Shown in pieces: positions 58,638 to 64,000 of a DNA stretch of 64,000 nt (position 1 is the first letter of the stretch; each line of letters starts with the position of its first letter). The notes under the pieces are model-generated. The model saw only the letters and a program-made list of their open reading frames with translations, was not told where the DNA came from and ran no database searches. This DNA is from Myxococcales bacterium. GTDB taxonomy: Bacteria > Myxococcota_A > UBA9042 > JABWCM01 > BTVJ01. The DNA lies in assembly GCA_045863395.1 (NCBI GenBank), contig BTVJ01000014.1:32001-96000 (forward strand), in the 5' to 3' direction. A program made the translations under genes and the position numbers.

Positions 58638-59588
58638 ATGCCCCTGTTCAGTCGCAAGGACGCCACGCTGGTCAAGACGACCTCCCGCGTGCGCCGGATG
58701 ATCCCCTACCTGATGAAGGGACGGAACGAGAGCATCGTGTACCACGAGCAGCTCGTCGACCTGACCGAGACCCTGCCGTTCATCGAGGAGTGGAACCGGA
58801 CCCACGACAAGCCCATCACGGTCTTCCATGTGGCCATGGCGGGCATCGCCAAGGGCCTCATCGCGCGGCCGGGGCTCAACCGGTTCATCTCGGGCGGCAA
58901 CACCTGGCAGCGCAACAAGGTCGAGCTCTCCTTCGCCGCGAAGAAGCAGGTCAGCAAGGACTACTCGCCGCTCGTGACGGTGAAGCTCGACGGCATCCCG
59001 GACGAGCCCTTCTCCGAGACCGTGCGGCGCCTCCACGAGTCGGTCGGCGAGGCGCGGGACACGAAGCTCAAGCCCGTGGACAAGGAGGTGAAGCTCCTGC
59101 TGAAGCTCCCCGGGTTCGTGCTCCGGCTCATCATGTGGCTGGCGCGCTCGCTGGACGACTGGAACCTGTTCCCCTACGCCATGATCAAGAACGACCCGCT
59201 GTTCGCGAGCATCTTCGTCGCGAACCTGGGCTCGGTGGGCATCGACCGGACCTGGCACCACCTCTACGAGTACGGCAACATCGGGCTGTTCTGCGTGCTC
59301 AACGCCGTGTGCAAGGAGGTCGTGGCCGACGAGAACGACCAGCCCGTCGTGAAGAACATGGTGCGCATGCGGTTCGCCTTCGACGAGCGCATCAACGACG
59401 GCCACTACTGCGCAGCCTCCCTCGCCATCATGCGGGACTATGTGGAGCACCCGCGCCGGTTCCTGGAGGAGGAGACCGCCAGGACCGACGTGGCGGCGAG
59501 CATCGCGGAGGACGCCAGGCGGGCAGCGGAGGCGTTCGAGTACGAGCGAGCGGCGGACGAGGCGGACGCGAAGCGGAAGGCGGGCTGA
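58638..59588 (+). CDS. Stand-alone 2-oxo-acid dehydrogenase E2-like acyltransferase catalytic domain
   Basis: RPGLNRF, FVANLGSVG and FAFDERINDG; no lipoyl domain; GGAGG RBS. Confidence 0.82.
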   Translation: MPLFSRKDATLVKTTSRVRRMIPYLMKGRNESIVYHEQLVDLTETLPFIEEWNRTHDKPITVFHVAMAGIAKGLIARPGLNRFISGGNTWQRNKVELSFAAKKQVSKDYSPLVTVKLDGIPDEPFSETVRRLHESVGEARDTKLKPVDKEVKLLLKLPGFVLRLIMWLARSLDDWNLFPYAMIKNDPLFASIFVANLGSVGIDRTWHHLYEYGNIGLFCVLNAVCKEVVADENDQPVVKNMVRMRFAFDERINDGHYCAASLAIMRDYVEHPRRFLEEETARTDVAASIAEDARRAAEAFEYERAADEADAKRKAG

Positions 59589-59637
59589 TACGGGGGGCAC
59601 CTTGCACTCCATTCCCAGGTAGAGCAGGGACGACCTG

Positions 59638-60621
59638 ATGAACCCACTCGACTTTCTCGACGAGGAGGAGCGCGACCTCGTCGAACGCGCCATGGTGGTC
59701 ATCGACTCCATGCCCGGGTCCCACGACGTGGTGCACCAGGGCCTGGGGCGCCTCGGCTGGCTGGCGCAGATCACGCGCTCCTACCCGTCGCTGCTCGGCT
59801 ACGAGGTCCTCGGCCGCCGCGTGCGCACCGCCGAGACGCTGGTCTCCTCGCTGATCACCCTCGACCGGGCCGCGAGCGAGCTGGAGCTCCCGGTCAAGGC
59901 GGCCGTCGGGCGCGCCTTCCTCATCGCCAAGATCCAGTTCTTCCGCTCCGTGATGATGGCGCTTCAGCAGTGGCCGCGGCTCGTGCCCGCGGGGATGCTG
60001 GAGGACCTCGCCTTCGAGCTCGACCAGGCGGTCTACACGAAGCTGGGCGAGGAGGTGCTGCTCGGGCTCATCTACGCGCCGGACCTCAAGCAGGAGGTCA
60101 AGCACCTGGCCGCGCAGGTGCTGCTCGGGCTGTGGGAGAAGCCGATCCTCACGGAGGTCACGGACTTCTCGCCCGCCCTGGAGTCCACCTGGCACGCGCG
60201 CAACGAGCTGGTGCCCGCCCTGGGCGTCCTGACCGGCGTCGCCGAGCTGTTTCGCCTGGCCCAGAGCCAGGTGGCGCCGGAGTTCCTGGACTTCTTCGCG
60301 CGGGACGGCCTCTCCGACGACGAGCACAGCGCTTTCCGGGAGTTCCTGTTCGGGCTGCTCACCGAGGAGCTCGAGCGAATCGCCGTGGTCATGGACCAGG
60401 AGGGCCTCTCCGTGTGCGACCGGGCGCTCGTCGAGCGGGTGCTCGGGCCCAACGCCACGCGCTTCCTCGTCGTCGGCGACTCGGTCTCCATGTACCGCGC
60501 CTACCGCCGGCGCTCTCTGGCAACCGAGTACCGGCGGGTCAGCAACACACCGGGCCCGAGCCAGACCGCCGAGGGCTACATCATGGGGTGGATCCTGGGG
60601 CGACGGCTCCGGGAGAGCTGA
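59638..60621 (+). CDS. Hypothetical protein
   Basis: 327-aa ORF with strong host-like codon usage. Confidence 0.75.
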   Translation: MNPLDFLDEEERDLVERAMVVIDSMPGSHDVVHQGLGRLGWLAQITRSYPSLLGYEVLGRRVRTAETLVSSLITLDRAASELELPVKAAVGRAFLIAKIQFFRSVMMALQQWPRLVPAGMLEDLAFELDQAVYTKLGEEVLLGLIYAPDLKQEVKHLAAQVLLGLWEKPILTEVTDFSPALESTWHARNELVPALGVLTGVAELFRLAQSQVAPEFLDFFARDGLSDDEHSAFREFLFGLLTEELERIAVVMDQEGLSVCDRALVERVLGPNATRFLVVGDSVSMYRAYRRRSLATEYRRVSNTPGPSQTAEGYIMGWILGRRLRES

Positions 60622-61080
60622 GTGCGCTCCGACCCCCGCATCTCCATCCTGCGCGACCCCCGCGAGGACCCGCGGAAGTGCTCTCTCAGGGGCCTGCACG
60701 GGCGGCCGGACGTCGCGTTCCACCGCTGGCGCGCCGACCGCACGTGGGACGCAATCGGGCGTGTCCTGCTCGCGGTCGGGGCGCCCGTGCTGGCGCCCGA
60801 GGACGCTGCGGCGGGACTCCTGCTCCTGGACTGCTCCTGGCGGCGAGTCCCCTCCCTGCGGCGGTGCCTGCTCGGGGACCCGGTCGAGCGATCACTGCCC
60901 CCGCTTCGTACTGCCTACCCTCGCACTGCCCGGGCGGGTACGGACCCGGACGCCGGTCTCGCCAGCATCGAGGCACTCTACGCGGCGGTGGCCCTGCTCT
61001 GGGGGCCGGACCCGACCCTGCTGGACGGTTACCCGTCTGCGGCGGCCTTCCTGGCGCAGAACCCGCACCTGGGGACATAA
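60622..61080 (+). CDS. Tsr3/DUF367-like (TDD superfamily) aminocarboxypropyltransferase-like protein
   Basis: EDPRKCS, LLLDCSW, RSLPPL.TAYP and LASIEAL motifs. Confidence 0.75.
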   Translation: MRSDPRISILRDPREDPRKCSLRGLHGRPDVAFHRWRADRTWDAIGRVLLAVGAPVLAPEDAAAGLLLLDCSWRRVPSLRRCLLGDPVERSLPPLRTAYPRTARAGTDPDAGLASIEALYAAVALLWGPDPTLLDGYPSAAAFLAQNPHLGT

Positions 61081-61183
61081 TTGGACGTCGATATCCGTTG
61101 ACTGCCGGGCTCCCGTGATGCATCCTGCGCCCAACCAATGCGCATGTTTGTTGAAATATCGAAGTCGTCACAAAGGGTTATCT

Positions 61184-61208
61184 AAGTACGACTGATTTGG
61201 TCCTGTTT
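61184..61208 (+). promoter_or_regulatory. Putative Rrf2/IscR-SufR-type operator upstream of sufB
   Basis: Imperfect inverted repeat AAGTACGACTGATTTGGTCCTGTTT in the AT-rich suf promoter region. Confidence 0.5.
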
Positions 61209-61266
61209 TTTCCATAGGCGCTGTGCTAAGGAAGCGCCAGCATCGGGGGAGGAAGCGGAGGACACG

Positions 61267-62709
<1,443 letters not shown>

Positions 62710-62731
62710 CACGAACCACACAGAGATCACC

Positions 62732-63487
62732 ATGCTGAAGATCGAGAGTCTGGAGGCCCGGGTAGAGGGCAAGGAGATCCTGCGGGGCATCGACCTGGAG
62801 GTGAAGGCCGGGGAGGTGCACGCCATCATGGGGCCCAACGGCTCCGGCAAGAGCACCCTCGCCAATGTGCTCGCCGGGCGCGGCGGCTACGAGGTCACTG
62901 GCGGCTCCGTCTCCCTGTGGGGCAAGGACCTGCTCGCCATGGCCGCCGAGGAGCGCGCCCGCGAGGGGGTGTTCCTGGCCTTTCAGTACCCGGTGGAGAT
63001 CCCGGGCGTCGGCAACACCTACTTCATGCGGACGGCGCTCAACGCCATCCGCAAGCATCGAGGGGAGGAGGAGCTCGACGCCATGGACTTCCTGGCGCTG
63101 ATCAAACAGAAGATGAAGATCGTGGACATGCCCCAGACGCTCATGAGCCGGGCGGTCAACGAGGGGTTCTCTGGAGGGGAGAAGAAGCGCAACGAGATCC
63201 TGCAGATGCTGGTGCTGGATCCGCGGCTCGCCATCCTCGACGAGACGGACTCGGGGCTCGACATCGACGCGCTGAAGCTGGTGTCCCAAGGGGTCAACCA
63301 CCTGCGGGAGCGCGGGGACCGGGGCATCCTCATGATCACGCACTACCAGCGGCTCCTCGACCACATCGTGCCCGACCGGGTGCACGTGCTCGCCGAGGGG
63401 CGGATCCTGCGCTCCGGCGACAAGGAGCTGGCGCTGGAGCTGGAGCGGACCGGGTACGCCGGCATCGTGGACGCGGCACGCGCCTGA
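62732..63487 (+). CDS. sufC: Fe-S cluster assembly ATPase SufC
   Basis: MGPNGSGKST, FLAFQYPVEIPGV, NEGFSGGEKKRNE, LDETDSGLDID and ITHYQRLL. Confidence 0.97.
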   Translation: MLKIESLEARVEGKEILRGIDLEVKAGEVHAIMGPNGSGKSTLANVLAGRGGYEVTGGSVSLWGKDLLAMAAEERAREGVFLAFQYPVEIPGVGNTYFMRTALNAIRKHRGEEELDAMDFLALIKQKMKIVDMPQTLMSRAVNEGFSGGEKKRNEILQMLVLDPRLAILDETDSGLDIDALKLVSQGVNHLRERGDRGILMITHYQRLLDHIVPDRVHVLAEGRILRSGDKELALELERTGYAGIVDAARA

Positions 63488-63497
63488 GGAGGGTCGG

Positions 63498-64000
63498 ATG
63501 GACGACAGGCTGCCGACCGGTCCCTGGGTCGACGACGCGCCCGTGGTGAGCGACTGGACCGCCGGGCTGCGCCGCGCGGGGCTGGAGCGCTTCCAGGCGC
63601 TCGGGTTTCCGACCACCCGGGACGAGGCGTGGAAGTACACGAACCTGGCGCCGCTGGCGCGAGGTGGATTTCGCGTGGGGCGCGAGGCGCAGGCGGCCCC
63701 CGCTGGCATCGCGGAGCGGTGGGGCCTTGGGGGCGCCCGCGTCGTGATCGTGGACGGGCACTTCGACCGGGGGGCGAGCCGGTTGGGGGTTGGAGCGGGC
63801 GCCCGGCTCGTGCCCCTTGGGCTGGCTCTCGCGGAGCATCGTGAGCTGGTGGAGCCGCTCCTCGGCGCCTGTGCACCGGAGGGTGACGCCATGGCGTCGC
63901 TCAACCAGGCTCACCTCGGGGACGGGCTCGTGCTCCACGTGCAGGCGGGCGTCGACCTCGAGGAGCCCATCGTCGTGCTCCACGTGGGGCTCGGCGCCGG
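63498..64000 (+). CDS. sufD: SufD (partial, runs off the window)
   Basis: GAGGAGG RBS; RRAGLERFQALGFPTTRDEAWKYTNL; follows sufC. Confidence 0.88.
   Translation, partial: MDDRLPTGPWVDDAPVVSDWTAGLRRAGLERFQALGFPTTRDEAWKYTNLAPLARGGFRVGREAQAAPAGIAERWGLGGARVVIVDGHFDRGASRLGVGAGARLVPLGLALAEHRELVEPLLGACAPEGDAMASLNQAHLGDGLVLHVQAGVDLEEPIVVLHVGLGA

Overview
Very GC-rich (roughly 70%+, by eye) bacterial DNA, probably Myxococcota or related (MYXO-CTERM-like tail, Cys-rich surface proteins, deltaproteobacterial-type 6S RNA; taxonomy is inference). In order, the window holds: a pyrB / pyrF-pyrE fusion / pyrD operon; a small accessory patch (split NACHT-like P-loop ORF, PtuA-like ATPase relic, vapBC); a COG2403/ArcE-like NTPase; a Ca-binding/Ig surface protein; NadR-like and M19 dipeptidase genes; a 2059-aa secreted protein with two dockerin-like and three cohesin-like domains whose core resembles the animal TMEM132 ectodomain (the strongest candidate for a novel system); a decaying defence island at about 22.5-32.4 kb (TA relics, MazF pair, 42-bp-period palindrome array, internally deleted SNF2 helicase, lower-GC Dcm + nonsense-inactivated endonuclease, 5'-truncated type III Res); a sigma54-driven Lcl/DUF1566 gene; acyl-CoA enzymes; 6S RNA; tRNA-Leu(CAG); glycosyltransferases; a 35-aa basic ORF; PilZ/TPR/HEAT proteins; Cys-rich lipoproteins; a subtilase with a MalT-like regulator; cvpA; an E2-like acyltransferase; a Tsr3-like gene; and sufBCD. 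All family calls come from motif reading and memory, not from database searches.
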